From the NCBI GenBank assembly GCA_963728205.1, contig CAVSIV010000001.1:992001-1056000 (forward strand): 64,000 nucleotides of DNA, given 5' to 3'. This document shows, in pieces, positions 45,965 to 56,100 of the stretch. Made by a program: the position numbers and the translations under genes. Numbering within the stretch: position 1 is the first letter of the stretch; every line of letters begins with the position of its first letter. Origin of the DNA: an uncultured Chloroflexia bacterium (GTDB lineage Bacteria > Chloroflexota > Dehalococcoidia > UBA2979). The notes below the pieces were generated by a model. It saw only the letters and a list, made by a program, of their open reading frames with translations, made no database searches and was not told where the DNA came from.

Positions 45965-46798
45965 ATGACCATCAACCCCGCCACTCCGTCGTCGGCTCCC
46001 GCCGCGCCGCCGCCCCACCCCGACGGCGGCTGGCGGGGCTTCGCGCGACGCGGCTACCCGCGCTCGATCCTGATCGGCGCCGCGTTCGCGGCCGCCTGGT
46101 CGCCGTGCATCGGCCCGATCCTGGGCGTCGTGCTGACGCTCGCGGCTGCCTCCGGCACCGCGGCCCAGGGCGCGCTGCTGCTCGTCTGCTACGGGCTCGG
46201 GCTCGGCGTGTGGTTCCTCGCCATGGGGCTCTTCTTCGGCTGGCTCTCGCCGCGCCTGCGACGTCTCCAGCGCTACATGCAGCCGCTGATGATCGCGAGC
46301 GGCGTCTTCTTCATCGCCATCGGCGGGCTGATGTTCCTCGGCGAGTTCCAGCGCCTGAACAACTACTTCGCGGGCTTCGGCTTCTTCTTCGGCCAGACCG
46401 CATCGACCGAGCAGAGCCTCAGCAGCGGGGTCACGGGGTGGCTCGGTCCGGCGGTGGCGTTCTTCGGCGGCGTGATCTCGTTCCTCTCGCCCTGCGTGCT
46501 GCCGCTCGTCCCGGCGTATCTCGTCAGCATCGCGGGCGAGACGGTGCTCGGCGGCGAGCAGACGACGAGCGCGGAACGGCGTCGCATCGTCCGGCACGCG
46601 GTCGCCTTCGTGATCGGGTTCACCGTCGTGTTCGCCGTGCTCGGCGCGTCGGCGGGATTCGTCGGCGGGCTGATCACGAACCAGCTCGACCTCCTGACGC
46701 GCGTGGGCGGGGTCGTGCTGGTCATCCTCGGCATGCAAATGAGCGGCCTCATCCATTTGCCATACCTGGATCGCACATATTCATTCCAGGTTGATTGA
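45965..46798 (+). CDS. ccdA: CcdA/DsbD-beta thiol-disulfide transporter with swapped halves
   Basis: AFAAAWSPCIGPIL precedes GVISFLSPCVLPLVPAYL. Confidence 0.9.
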   Translation: MTINPATPSSAPAAPPPHPDGGWRGFARRGYPRSILIGAAFAAAWSPCIGPILGVVLTLAAASGTAAQGALLLVCYGLGLGVWFLAMGLFFGWLSPRLRRLQRYMQPLMIASGVFFIAIGGLMFLGEFQRLNNYFAGFGFFFGQTASTEQSLSSGVTGWLGPAVAFFGGVISFLSPCVLPLVPAYLVSIAGETVLGGEQTTSAERRRIVRHAVAFVIGFTVVFAVLGASAGFVGGLITNQLDLLTRVGGVVLVILGMQMSGLIHLPYLDRTYSFQVD

Positions 46799-46853
46799 GA
46801 TCGCGCCCCAGTGGGCGTGCGGCCACACGTGGCGCGTGGTTAGACTGTGGCCC

Positions 46854-47300
46854 ATGGACGCCGACTTTGGGATCGACCTCGAGGCCATCATCCGCGTCGT
46901 GGAGGAGGCGGACGTCTTCATCGTCCGCTTCGGGCTGATCGACCAGCGGCTGCTGGTGGACACCCGACCGAACGACAGCGGCACGCCGTTCATCCGCGTC
47001 GTGCCGCCGGCCTCGTCGGCCGAAGAGCGCTACCGCTACCTCCAGCGCGAGCGACCGGGCATGCCGCTTCCGGACCAGATCACGGTCTTCCAGTGGCCGC
47101 GCGCCGTGCAGACGATGAAGGACCTGGGGCTCTGGGACCGCATCGAGCAGCGGCTCGTCCGCGTCGGCGGCGAGCCCGCCGGCACGCTCGCCGAGCACGC
47201 CTTCGCCGACGCCCGTCGACTCGAGCGCGCCGACCTCTTCGCCGCGATCCGCGGCGGCGAGGGCTACGAGACGCTCTGGTCCCGCGAGGGCAACGAGTAG
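46854..47300 (+). CDS. Hypothetical protein, probably leaderless
   Basis: TAGACT-7nt-ATG; strong GC3 bias; ends GEGYETLWSR. Confidence 0.75.
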   Translation: MDADFGIDLEAIIRVVEEADVFIVRFGLIDQRLLVDTRPNDSGTPFIRVVPPASSAEERYRYLQRERPGMPLPDQITVFQWPRAVQTMKDLGLWDRIEQRLVRVGGEPAGTLAEHAFADARRLERADLFAAIRGGEGYETLWSREGNE

Positions 47301-47316
47301 CCGCCCGAGCATCGCC

Positions 47317-47474
47317 GGCAAGCGGCGGCAGATACGCCGCCGATGTGCCACCGACATCAGTCGTGCCCGCCGTGAAGTTCGTGCCGCCGTGAAATGGCGT
47401 CTGGACGCCGCGGGGCTCGGGGACGCGGCCAGAGGGCCGCGTCGATATCGGCGGCGTGTCTGCCGCCGCTTGCC
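47317..47474. repeat. REP doublet with long spacer, copy E
   Basis: ggcaagcggcggcagatacgccgccgat...atcggcggcgtgtctgccgccgcttgcc. Confidence 0.85.
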
Positions 47475-47489
47475 TCGGGGCGCGGTCGG

Positions 47490-47855
47490 CTACGCCTGTA
47501 CGATCCCGACCGCCTGTCCGTCCGGTGCTCGCACCAGCGCGATGTGTGCGCCGCCGGGCCCCTGCTGCCGGATCGGGACGAGCACCTTCGCCCCGGCCGC
47601 CTCCGCCCGCGGCACCGTCGCCCGGAGGTCGGCGACGCGAAACCACAGCGTGACCGCCGGCGCTGCGCCGGCGGGGAGCGCGCGCAGCGTCCCGTGCACG
47701 TCGAAGTCGCCCGGCCCGCCGGGGTCGATGCCCACGTTCGCGCCGCCATTGGTCGACGCGTCGTCGAACGTCCAGTCGAAGACCTCGGCGTAGAAGCGAC
47801 GCGCGCCCTCGGGGTCGGGCGTGGCGATGTGGAAGAAGACGAGCGGGCTGGGCAA
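47490..47855 (-). CDS. VOC/glyoxalase family protein
   Basis: FFHIATPDPEGARRFY, WFRVADL, APDG; TTG start after aggagg. Confidence 0.87.
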   Translation of the reverse strand: MPSPLVFFHIATPDPEGARRFYAEVFDWTFDDASTNGGANVGIDPGGPGDFDVHGTLRALPAGAAPAVTLWFRVADLRATVPRAEAAGAKVLVPIRQQGPGGAHIALVRAPDGQAVGIVQA

Positions 47856-48019
47856 GCGGACCTCCTCGCGCTCGCGCGCCGGCGAGGGGCCGCCGGGCCG
47901 GTCGCGATCATACGGGCGCGGCGCCCGCTCGCGGCCGCGCAAGATGCCAAGCCGCACCTCTGGTACGCTCGGCCGCATCACCGCTTTCGGCCGTCACCGC
48001 CCCGGCGAGGGATCGCGTC

Positions 48020-49090
48020 GTGCCCAACCCCAGCGCCAGTCCGAGCGTCATCGACCTCCGCTCCGACACCGTCACGCGGCCGTCGGATGCCATGCGCCGC
48101 GCGATGGCGGAGGCCGAGGTCGGCGACGACGTCCTCGGCGACGACCCCACCGTCCAGCGCCTCGAAGCGGCCGCCGCCGAGCGCATCGGCAAGGAGGCGG
48201 CGCTCTACGTGCCCAGCGGGACGATGGCGAACCTCGTCGCGCTGCTCACGCACTGCGGGCGCGGCGACGAGGCGATCGTGGGCTCCGAGGCGCACATCCT
48301 GCACCACGAAGCCGTCGGCGCGTCGGCGCTGGGCGGCATCTCGCTGCGCACGGCGCGCAACGACGCGCACGGTCGCATTGACCCGGCCGAGGTGGCGGCG
48401 CTGGTGCGCACGAACGTGCCGCCGCGCACCGGGCTCGTGTGCCTCGAGAACACGCAGAACCGCTGCGGCGGCGCGGCGATCCCCGCGCACGAGATCCGCG
48501 CGGTCGCCGACGCCGCGCACGCGGCCGGCGCTGCCGTGCACATCGACGGCGCGCGCATCTTCAACGCCGCCGCCGCGCTGGAGACCGACGCCGCGAGCCT
48601 CGTCGCGCCCGCGGACAGCGTCTCGTTCTGCTTCTCGAAGGGCCTCGGCGCGCCCGTCGGCTCCGTGCTGACCGGCTCCCGCGAGTTCATCGACCGCGCG
48701 CGCCCGATCCGTCGCCAGGTCGGCGGCGGCATGCGGCAGGCCGGCGTGATCGCGGCCGCCGCCCTCTACGCGCTCGAGCACCACGTGGACCGGCTCTCCG
48801 AGGACCACGCGAACGCGCGGAGCCTCGCGCAGGGGCTGGCCGGGCTGCCGTCGCTGCACCTCGAGGACCCGGTGCCGGCGTCGAACATGGTGTTCTTCGA
48901 GCTCCGCGGCGTCGACGGCGCCGACTTCCGCCGGCGCCTGCGCGACGTCGGCGTGCTCTGTAGCGCGATGGCGCCGCAGCGCATGCGCATGGTGACGCAC
49001 CTCGACGTTTCCGCCGAGCAGATCGACGAGGCCGTGGCGCGCATCCGCCGCGTGCTGGAGGCGGCGCCGACGGCGCCCACCACGCCGTAG
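48020..49090 (+). CDS. ltaE: Low-specificity L-threonine aldolase
   Basis: [43 protein letters not shown]. Confidence 0.95.
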   Translation: MPNPSASPSVIDLRSDTVTRPSDAMRRAMAEAEVGDDVLGDDPTVQRLEAAAAERIGKEAALYVPSGTMANLVALLTHCGRGDEAIVGSEAHILHHEAVGASALGGISLRTARNDAHGRIDPAEVAALVRTNVPPRTGLVCLENTQNRCGGAAIPAHEIRAVADAAHAAGAAVHIDGARIFNAAAALETDAASLVAPADSVSFCFSKGLGAPVGSVLTGSREFIDRARPIRRQVGGGMRQAGVIAAAALYALEHHVDRLSEDHANARSLAQGLAGLPSLHLEDPVPASNMVFFELRGVDGADFRRRLRDVGVLCSAMAPQRMRMVTHLDVSAEQIDEAVARIRRVLEAAPTAPTTP

Positions 49091-50092
49091 TGACCACGCG
49101 CCGCGCCGTCCGCCCGCCACGCCCCGGCGCTGGCGCCGCCTCCCCGCGCTCCGGGCGCGCCGACCGCTCGGTCGGGGGCGCGCCGAGGCGCGCCCCGTCG
49201 GCCGATCCCGCGCGGCACGCATCGCCGGAACACCCAAGCGGCGGCAGAGATGCCGCCGACAGACGCGCGGCGCCAGCCGCGGACTGCGTCCGCGTCCTGT
49301 CGGCGGCATCTCTGCCGCCGCTTGGGGCGACGCTCCGGCCCGGCCTGCTGGCCGTGCTCGCGGCCGTCGCGTTGCTCGCCGCCGCCTGCTCCGCCTCGAG
49401 CTCGAGCGGCCCCACGTCCGACGTCGTCGCCGGGACGCCCGGCTTCGCCGACGGCGAGCAGTTCACCTACGCGGTCGTCGACGACAACAAGGCGGTCGTC
49501 GGCCTCGACGTATTCTCGACGCACCTGCAGGGCGACACCTACGTGCTCGAGCAGTCGTACACCGAGTCCGCGTCGTCCGTGCCCGCCGGCCAGCAGCCGA
49601 CGACCGACGTCGTCCGCGTGACCGTGCACCGCGACACGCTCAAGCCGATCTCCGGCACGCGCGAGAATCGACCGGCGGACCGACCAGGGCCGGTCGCAGG
49701 AGTCGTACGCGTGGCAGTACGGGGCGGACGACCGCGGCCGCGCGACGATGACGGTCACGCACACGGCCGCCGGCAGTACCGAGGAGCACACGCTGCGCCT
49801 GCGCGACCACTACTACGACAACGAGAGCTCGCTGTGGCTCTGGCGCACGCTGGCGTTCACGACGGGCTACGACGAGCAGTACGTCTCCGTGAACGCGATC
49901 GAGGGCAGCCAGCAGACGGTCGACGTGCGCGTCCCACAGCGCCAGCCGCAGGCCGTCCCCGCCGGAACGTTCGACACGTGGCGACTCCTCGTCCGCAACG
50001 GCCGTGCAATCCGCACGGCGTGGGTGAACACGGCCGCCCCCGGCGATGTCGTGCAGTGGGACAACGGCACGGTGCTCTTCCAGCTCCAGTAG
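49090..50092 (+). CDS. Beta-rich lipoprotein (DUF3108-like); +1 frameshift near 49666; start uncertain
   Basis: Lipobox LLAAAC; after removing one A: IDRRTDQ...YYDNESSLWLWR...VPAGTFDTW. Confidence 0.7.
49233..49326. repeat. REP/REPIN-like element, copy C (within the ORF starting at 49090)
   Basis: Perfect 30-bp arms cccaagcggcggcagagatgccgccgacag. Confidence 0.9.
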
Positions 50093-50104
50093 ACGAACGG
50101 GGGG

Positions 50105-50809
50105 TCAGCCGCCGGCGCGGCCCGCCGCCCACACGCACCCGCGGCCGGCGGCGCGCGCCGCATCCTCCAGCTGACCGAGCCCGTCGTGCAGCGCGCCGCC
50201 GGCGCCGGACGGTCGAACGAGCCCTTCGCTCACCAGCGTCGCATCGATGGAGTGCCCGTCCGACGTGTAGACGTAGCGCAGCTCGTGGCCGGAGGCATCC
50301 TCCTGCGGACCGTCGGCGCGCAGGAGCACTTCGCCCGCCGCCAGCTCCTTCAGCCGCTGCGCGGCCAGCGTCGCGCACGCCGACCCGGCGGCCGGCGGCT
50401 CGACGCCAATCAGCCGCACGGTCAGCGCCGTCCCCAGCGCAGACACGTCCAGCGTCGCCCCGTCGACGACGCGCACGACGGTGACCGGCGTCAGCGCCGC
50501 CGGGTCGGCGGCGCGCAGCGCGTCGACCGGCGGCGCGGGCGTCTCGGGGGCCTGCACGTGCCGCGCGAGCAGCGCCGCGACAATCACCGACGCCGCGACG
50601 AGGATCCCCAGCACGAGCGTCCAGCGCCCGAGCGTGCGCCGCCGCCTCTCCTCCGCCGCCCCGGGCGGCGCAGGCAGCGGCCGCCGGCGCCGCTCCGGTC
50701 GCGTGCGGCTCGCGTTCAGGCGATGCAGCGTGGGCGGCGCCGACTCCTCCTCCGGGCGCTCGGAGCGCTCCGGCCGCCGCAGCGGCCGCGGCCGGTGGTC
50801 GTCGCTCAC
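50105..50809 (-). CDS. Membrane-anchored thermonuclease (SNase)-fold protein with degenerate active site
   Basis: VVRVVDGAT, VRLIGVEPP, LRYVY, LVSEG, ARAAGRGCVW. Confidence 0.8.
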   Translation of the reverse strand: MSDDHRPRPLRRPERSERPEEESAPPTLHRLNASRTRPERRRRPLPAPPGAAEERRRRTLGRWTLVLGILVAASVIVAALLARHVQAPETPAPPVDALRAADPAALTPVTVVRVVDGATLDVSALGTALTVRLIGVEPPAAGSACATLAAQRLKELAAGEVLLRADGPQEDASGHELRYVYTSDGHSIDATLVSEGLVRPSGAGGALHDGLGQLEDAARAAGRGCVWAAGRAGG

Positions 50810-51393
50810 GACGCCTCCGCCGGTCCTACCACGGGGGCCGACGCCTCCTCGACCGACTCGGCCAGAACGCCCCAGCTCGCGCGCACCGTGCGCAACGTCG
50901 CGTCGAACGGCCCGACCTCGTTGAACGCCAGCGCCACGAGACCGCCCGCACGGTATCGCTCGCGTTCCTCCACGGTCGGCCCGGTGGCGGCCGCTCCCGG
51001 CAACGCGTCGACGCTCTCGAGGAGGTCGCGCACCTGCCACTCGAACACCTCGGCCGCGCCCACCGCGAACACCCACAGCGCCGCCGGCTTCGCCCCGGGC
51101 GCCGGCGGCGACGACTCCGTGTCGACGGCCGCGCTCCACATCCCGCTGATCACGGGCGCCAGCCCGCGCATGACGAATCGCATGTGCGCGGGCGACGCCG
51201 CGAAGGGCTCGAGCGCTGTCAGCCCCGTGAGCCACGCGGCCACGATGACGCGGTCGGCCGACGCCGCGACGGTGACCGCCTCCACGCCATCCGCGTCGCG
51301 CAGGGCATGCGCGAGCTCGAGCGCGCGCTCCACGCCCGCCGCGTCGGCGTCCGGCTTCAGCCGCGCCGCGACCAGGTGCAGGAGGTGCGACAC
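50806..51393 (-). CDS. Dabb-like (stress-responsive alpha/beta barrel) protein
   Basis: HLVAARLKPD...FAASPAHMRFV pattern, apparently duplicated. Confidence 0.6.
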   Translation of the reverse strand: MSHLLHLVAARLKPDADAAGVERALELAHALRDADGVEAVTVAASADRVIVAAWLTGLTALEPFAASPAHMRFVMRGLAPVISGMWSAAVDTESSPPAPGAKPAALWVFAVGAAEVFEWQVRDLLESVDALPGAAATGPTVEERERYRAGGLVALAFNEVGPFDATLRTVRASWGVLAESVEEASAPVVGPAEAS

Positions 51394-51398
51394 GGGGG

Positions 51399-52262
51399 CT
51401 ATCGCCGCGGTGGGGGACCGGCGGGCGGGCGCCGCATCCGCGACGCGCCGGGTGATGTTGCTGCGGCGTCGCCCGGCGGCGGCTCGCCGTGCGCGATCGC
51501 CGCGCGGCGGCGCGACTGCGACACGATCAGGCCTTCGCCCTCCGGCAGCAGTCGCCCGTCGGACATCTCGAGCACGCGGTCCACGTGCTCGATCACGAAC
51601 GGGTCGTGGGTCGCGGTCAGCACGGTCACGCCGCTCGCCGCGACCTCGCGCAGCAGCTCGAAGATCTGGGCGCCCGTCGTGGAGTCGAGCTCGCCCGTCG
51701 GCTCGTCGGCGATCAGGATCGCGGGCGCGTTCGCCAGCGCGCGCGCTACGGCCACACGCTGCTGCTCGCCGCCCGAGAGCTCGTACGGGCGGTGGTCGGA
51801 GCGCGACGTCAGCCCGACGCGCTCGAGCAGCATCCGCGTGCGCTCCCCGCGCTCGCGTACCCCCGCGCCGGCGATGCGCAGCGCGAGCTCCACGTTCTCC
51901 GCCGCCGAGAGCAGCGGCAGCAGGCCGAACGACTGGAACACGAACCCGATCGTGTGCCGCCGCAGCTCGGTCAGCTCGCGGTCGCCGAAGCGGGCGATAT
52001 CGCGCCCGAGCAGCAGCACCTCGCCGCTGTCCGGCCGGTCGAGCCCCGCGATCATGTTCAACAGGGTGGTCTTGCCCGACCCGGATCGCCCGACGATCGC
52101 GAGGAACTGGCCGCGCGGCACCGTCAGTGACACGCCCTGCACGGCGTGCACGTCGGTGCCGGCGATGTGGAACGTGCGGTTGACGTCGCGCACCTCGATC
52201 GGCGCGTCGTCGCCGGCGTGGCCCGCGGGCGGCGCGGTGTGTGCCGCGCGCTCGACGGTCAT
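51399..52262 (-). CDS. ABC ATPase (LolD/MacB type)
   Basis: GRSGSGKT, LSGGEQQR, ADEPT. Confidence 0.95.
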   Translation of the reverse strand: MTVERAAHTAPPAGHAGDDAPIEVRDVNRTFHIAGTDVHAVQGVSLTVPRGQFLAIVGRSGSGKTTLLNMIAGLDRPDSGEVLLLGRDIARFGDRELTELRRHTIGFVFQSFGLLPLLSAAENVELALRIAGAGVRERGERTRMLLERVGLTSRSDHRPYELSGGEQQRVAVARALANAPAILIADEPTGELDSTTGAQIFELLREVAASGVTVLTATHDPFVIEHVDRVLEMSDGRLLPEGEGLIVSQSRRRAAIAHGEPPPGDAAATSPGASRMRRPPAGPPPRR

Positions 52263-53188
52263 CGCCGCCTCCACTCGGGCTCCTCGGCCTGCGCCGGCCG
52301 CTCGGGGCGCACCTCGACGTGGTCGTCGCTCAGGTCGAGCCGGGCGCGCTCGCCGATGCGCAGCCAATCGATCATCTCGCGCGGGATCTGGAGGCGCCCG
52401 CTGCGGTCGACCACCGCGAACTCCTCGAGCCGCTCGCCCTCGCCCCGCGAGAACGCGACGTGCCGCACGATCTCCGTGCTCGTCCGCCCGTCGCGCATCG
52501 CGACTACCCGGTCGACGCGCTGCGTGATCGCGCGGTCGTGCGTGACGATCACGATCGTGACGCCGGTGACCTCGTTGAGGCGGCGGAACACCGCGAACAC
52601 CTCGTCCGCCGTCGCGCTGTCGAGCTCGCCCGTCGGCTCGTCGGCCAGCAGCAGCGGCGGATCGTTCGCCAGCGCGACCGCGATCGCGACGCGCTGCTGT
52701 TCGCCGCCGGACAGCTGCTCCGGCTTGTTGTGCCGCTTCGCGAGCAGCCCGACCTGGTCGAGCAGCGTGACGGCGCGCTCCTTGGCGCGGCGGCGCGTCG
52801 CACCCTCGAGGATCATCGGGACTTCGACGTTCTGCTCGGCCGTGAGGTAGGGGATGAGGTTGCGGCCCGTTTGCTGCCACACGAAGCCGACGTCGGCGCG
52901 GCGGTAGCGGACGAGGTCGTCGTCGGTCGCGGTCAGCAGGTCGCGCTCGCCGACCATGATCTTGCCGGCGGAGGGGGTATCGAGGCCGGCGAGGATGTTC
53001 AGCAGCGTCGACTTGCCCGAGCCCGACGCCCCGACGATTGCCATCATCTCCCCGCGCGGCACGCGCAGGTCGAGCCCGCGCAGCGCGACGACCTCGAGCT
53101 CCTCGGTCTTGTAGATCTTGAAGAGGTCCTGGCAGTGGATGTGCGCCTGGTCGGCACGCACCGCCGGCTCGTGCGTCGGAATCACCAT
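52259..53188 (-). CDS. ABC ATPase with C-terminal AbrB-like extension
   Basis: GASGSGKS, LSGGEQQR; C-terminal VVDRSGRLQIPRE. Confidence 0.93.
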   Translation of the reverse strand: MVIPTHEPAVRADQAHIHCQDLFKIYKTEELEVVALRGLDLRVPRGEMMAIVGASGSGKSTLLNILAGLDTPSAGKIMVGERDLLTATDDDLVRYRRADVGFVWQQTGRNLIPYLTAEQNVEVPMILEGATRRRAKERAVTLLDQVGLLAKRHNKPEQLSGGEQQRVAIAVALANDPPLLLADEPTGELDSATADEVFAVFRRLNEVTGVTIVIVTHDRAITQRVDRVVAMRDGRTSTEIVRHVAFSRGEGERLEEFAVVDRSGRLQIPREMIDWLRIGERARLDLSDDHVEVRPERPAQAEEPEWRRR

Positions 53189-53192
53189 GGAG

Positions 53193-56100
53193 TCAGACGT
53201 CACCAATCCGCAGCGCCCGGTGCACGGCGAGGCGGAAGTACAGTAACACCACCGCTCCGACCGTCACCATGAACACCCCGCCGAGGATCGCCCACACGAG
53301 AAACACCTGCGGCCACGACACCGAGAGCAGGAACGGCGGCAGCACCTGCAGGCCGCGCTCGTCCGTCGCCAGGAACCGCATCATGTAGCGGCCGATCTGC
53401 ACGCCGACCAGGCTCCCGAGCCCCATCCCCGCCGCGATCACCAGCAGGTGCTCGAACGCGACCTGCACGAAGATCTGCGGCCGCGAGAATCCGAGCGTGC
53501 GCAGGATCGCGAACTCCAGGCTGCGCTCCTGGGCCGTGAGGTACGAGTAGACGACGAAGCCGATCGCCGATAGCAGCAGCACCGCTCCGAAGGCGATGGC
53601 GAGAATGCCCGACCAGCCGGCGGCGACCAGTGGGTCGCTCTGCTGCGCGGCCTGCGCCGAGACGATGTCGTCGACCGTCTGCGCGCCGAGCTGGTCGACC
53701 GCCGCCCGGCGCGTCGCGCCCGGGTCGTGCGTCGCGAACCACGCCTCGCTATACAGCACGGGACGGTCGGGCGTGGACGCGTTCGCGGCCGCGATCAGTC
53801 GGCTCGCGTCGACGACCGCGAAGGCGTCGCGGCTCTGGGCCACGTCGTAGGTGGGGAAGTAGTCGAACACGCCGGCGAGCTTCGCCGCGAGGAAGTGGCC
53901 GGAGACCGTGAGCGTCGTCGTGTCGCCGGGGCGCAGCCCGAGTTGCGCGGCGTCGGGGCGCGAGAGGTAGAAGACGACGGGCTGGCCGTCCGTGTGCTGG
54001 CGCAGGCCACGCGTCGCCGGCGAGCGGCCGGCGTCGAGCCACGAGTAGCTGATCGACGCCGCGGCGCCCGGGGCCGGGTTCGACGGCTCCGGACGCGCCT
54101 GGTCGCCGAGCGTGCGCGGGACGAGGTCCTGCATGACCTCGAACGTGGGCGCGCTGAAGTCGGTCACCTGCACGGCGCCCGGGAAGGGCGACGCCAGGTC
54201 GCGGGTCTGGCCGTCCTCGGTGGGCGGGGCGGCGGGCGTGGCCAGCGCCGGGCCGATCAGCATCGCCCCGCGCTGCGCGCCGATCCGGCTGTTGGTGGAG
54301 ACGTAGAACGAGCGGATCGTGATCGGCGGCGTCAGGGGCGCGGCGCGCAGCGCGCCGCCGAAGCGGCCGAGGCCGTGCTGCAGGTCGGCGGTGAAGAAGC
54401 GCCAGCCCTGCGTCGCGTCGTCGCCGGGCCGCACGTCGCCGAGGGCGATGTTGATCGTCCGCCCCGTCGCATCCTGCAGGCCCAGGCCGAGCGAGAGCGG
54501 CCCCCGGATGTCGGTCACCTGCACCCAGACGCCGACCTGCCGCGCGTCGACCGGCAGCGGCACACCCTGCAGGTGCGCCTCGTTCTGCGCGAGCGTGTCG
54601 AGCATCGACGAGAGCGACTGCGGCGCGAAGTCGCCGCGGAAGTAGGCGACCTTCCCGAACGTGGCGGGGTCGACGCCGAGGACGTCGGTCGTGACGGTGG
54701 CCGCGGTCGTCGTGATGAAACCGCTCGTGCGGATCACCGGCGAGCGCACGTCCGCGGGGATCGCGTCGACGGCCTGCACGAACGCGACGTCGCCCGCCGG
54801 CGCCCCGCGGAACTGGTCGGCGCGCACGTCGGCGCCGACCCCGTATGCGGCGCGGTCGGAGTACGAGCGGCCCAGCGTCGCGGAGAAGGTGGCGGCGAAC
54901 AGCCCGATGCCGGTCGCGAACATCAGCAGCAGGATGAGACGCGTGTAGTGCGTCGGGTTGCGCGTCAGCGACCGCATGCCGACGAGCACCGCGACGCTGC
55001 GCGTCCGCCCGACGAGCCACGCCACGCCGCGCAGCGCGAGCGGGAAGAGCCGCAGGAAGACGATGCCGACGGTGAGCATGAAGACGGCCGGCGTGGTCAG
55101 CAGGAAGGGGTCGGCGCGCGTGTCGCCGAACAGCCCTTGCGAGAACAGGTGCGGCTGCCGCGAGAGCCGCCAGAACACGATGGCGACGATCAGCACCAGC
55201 GCGACGTCGAGGTAGTAGCGCAGGAACAGCGGCGTGGGGCGCGGCCGCGCGGTCGCGCGCTTGAACTCGACCATCGTCGTCCGGGTCGCCCGCCACGCCG
55301 GGACCATCAGCGCGGCGAACGCGATCAGTGCGCCGATGCCGGCCAGCACGTAGGCCGCCGACGACACGTGCACCGGCAGCGGCCCGCCGCCGGAGAGCGC
55401 CGAGAACGCGGGCGTCGGTCCCAGCGCCGAGATCACCGCTGCGGCGATCGGCGGGCCGGCGAGGCCGGCGAGGCCGGCGAGGATCAGCCCCTCCACCGCG
55501 TACTGCGCGAGCAGCTGCGGCGTCGTCGCGCCGCGGCTGCGCAGCGTCGCGATCTCCGCCGCCTGCCGTTCGATCAGCATCGTCGACACCATCACGAGGT
55601 AGTACGCGACGATCCCGCCGATCTGGAGCAGCAGGATCAGCAGCGGGATGCGCGTGAAGAACAGCTTCTGGTCGTACGTCCGCAGCACCTGCACCAGGTC
55701 CGTGTCGACCTGTGCGCGCGTCTCGGTCGCGGAAAGCGTCTGCTCGAGCCGGCTCAACGCATCGGCGACCGGCCTTGCGTTCCGCGAGTTCAGATGGTCG
55801 AAGCGCACCTGGTAGGTGCTCGCGTAGTCGGCGGTCACCGTCGGCAGATGCGCGGTCATGCCGCCGAAGAACGTCGCCTCGGGCACGAGCAGGTCGAGCG
55901 TCTCCCACGACCGCTGCTTCGCGTCGACGAGGTCGGTGACGCCGCCCCAGTAGCGGTCGGTGAGGTCGGTCGCGCGGACGAGCCCCACGACCTGGACCTG
56001 GACCGGCGGCGCGTGCTCGTCCCAGTACGGGAACAGGTCGAAGCGGTCGCCGACCTTGATGCCGAGCCGCTGCGCCGTCTCCGCGCCGAGGTCCGCCGGG

